A stretch of 64,000 nt of DNA, taken from the NCBI GenBank assembly GCA_973895155.1, contig OZ316892.1, positions 24,699,233 to 24,763,232 of the forward strand, given 5' to 3'. The translations under genes and the position numbers were made by a program. This stretch comes from Marsupella aquatica. Its lineage: Eukaryota; Plantae; Marchantiophyta. Shown piece by piece: positions 63,677 to 64,000 of this stretch; position 1 is the stretch's first letter, and each line of letters opens with the position of its first letter. A model generated the notes under the pieces. That model did not search any database. It worked only from the letters and a program-made list of their open reading frames with translations, and was not told the origin of the DNA.

Positions 63677-63981
63677 GAAAATCAAAGGAACTTGCACATG
63701 CAAGACGGCCCTAAAGTGTTTCAGGCTCAACTAAGATGAATCTGACTAAGCTGTATGTATAGCAGTTTAGAGATGGCTGAACCTGGAAAGAGCTTCAGAG
63801 AATTATGACCTTCATTCTCGTTCCAGAGAAAATCAAAGGACCGTGCACGTGCAAGACGGCCCTAAAGTGTTTCAGGCACAACTAAGATGAATCTGACTAA
63901 GCTGTATGTATAGCAGTTTAGAGACGGCTGAACCTGGAAAAGCTTCAGAGAATTATGACCTTCTTCATTCTCGTTCCAGAG
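63677..63981. repeat. Tandem duplication, ~151 bp x2
   Basis: GAAAATCAAAGGA...GCAAGACGGCCCTAAAGTG...TTCTCGTTCCAGAG occurs twice with few differences. Confidence 0.92.
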
Positions 63982-64000
63982 CTAGTTGGTGGTATACTGC

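Overview
Eukaryotic nuclear DNA from a land plant, probably a non-seed plant such as a bryophyte (inferred from gene content, GT-AG introns and TE types). The left 37 kb holds conserved spliced genes: LpxB (-, cut off by the window start), oligoribonuclease (-), a SirB1/transglutaminase-like gene (+), MON2 (-, only one coding intron) and RPAP2/RTR1 (-). A non-autonomous Helitron, a MITE and many tandem duplications lie between them. The right 27 kb is accessory. It contains a complete but disabled Ty1/copia element (38310-44969, CAAGA TSD), an intronless fungal-type ATP-grasp ligase (candidate horizontal transfer), two inverted MITEs with their own 8-bp TSDs, and an intronless 876-aa coiled-coil gene. 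The two MITEs bracket a decayed small gene with a coiled-coil N-terminus and an RNxxxH HEPN-like motif that the ORF track misses. No rRNA, tRNA or CRISPR array was found. All calls come from reading the sequence by eye, with no database searches, and internal exon boundaries are approximate unless stated.
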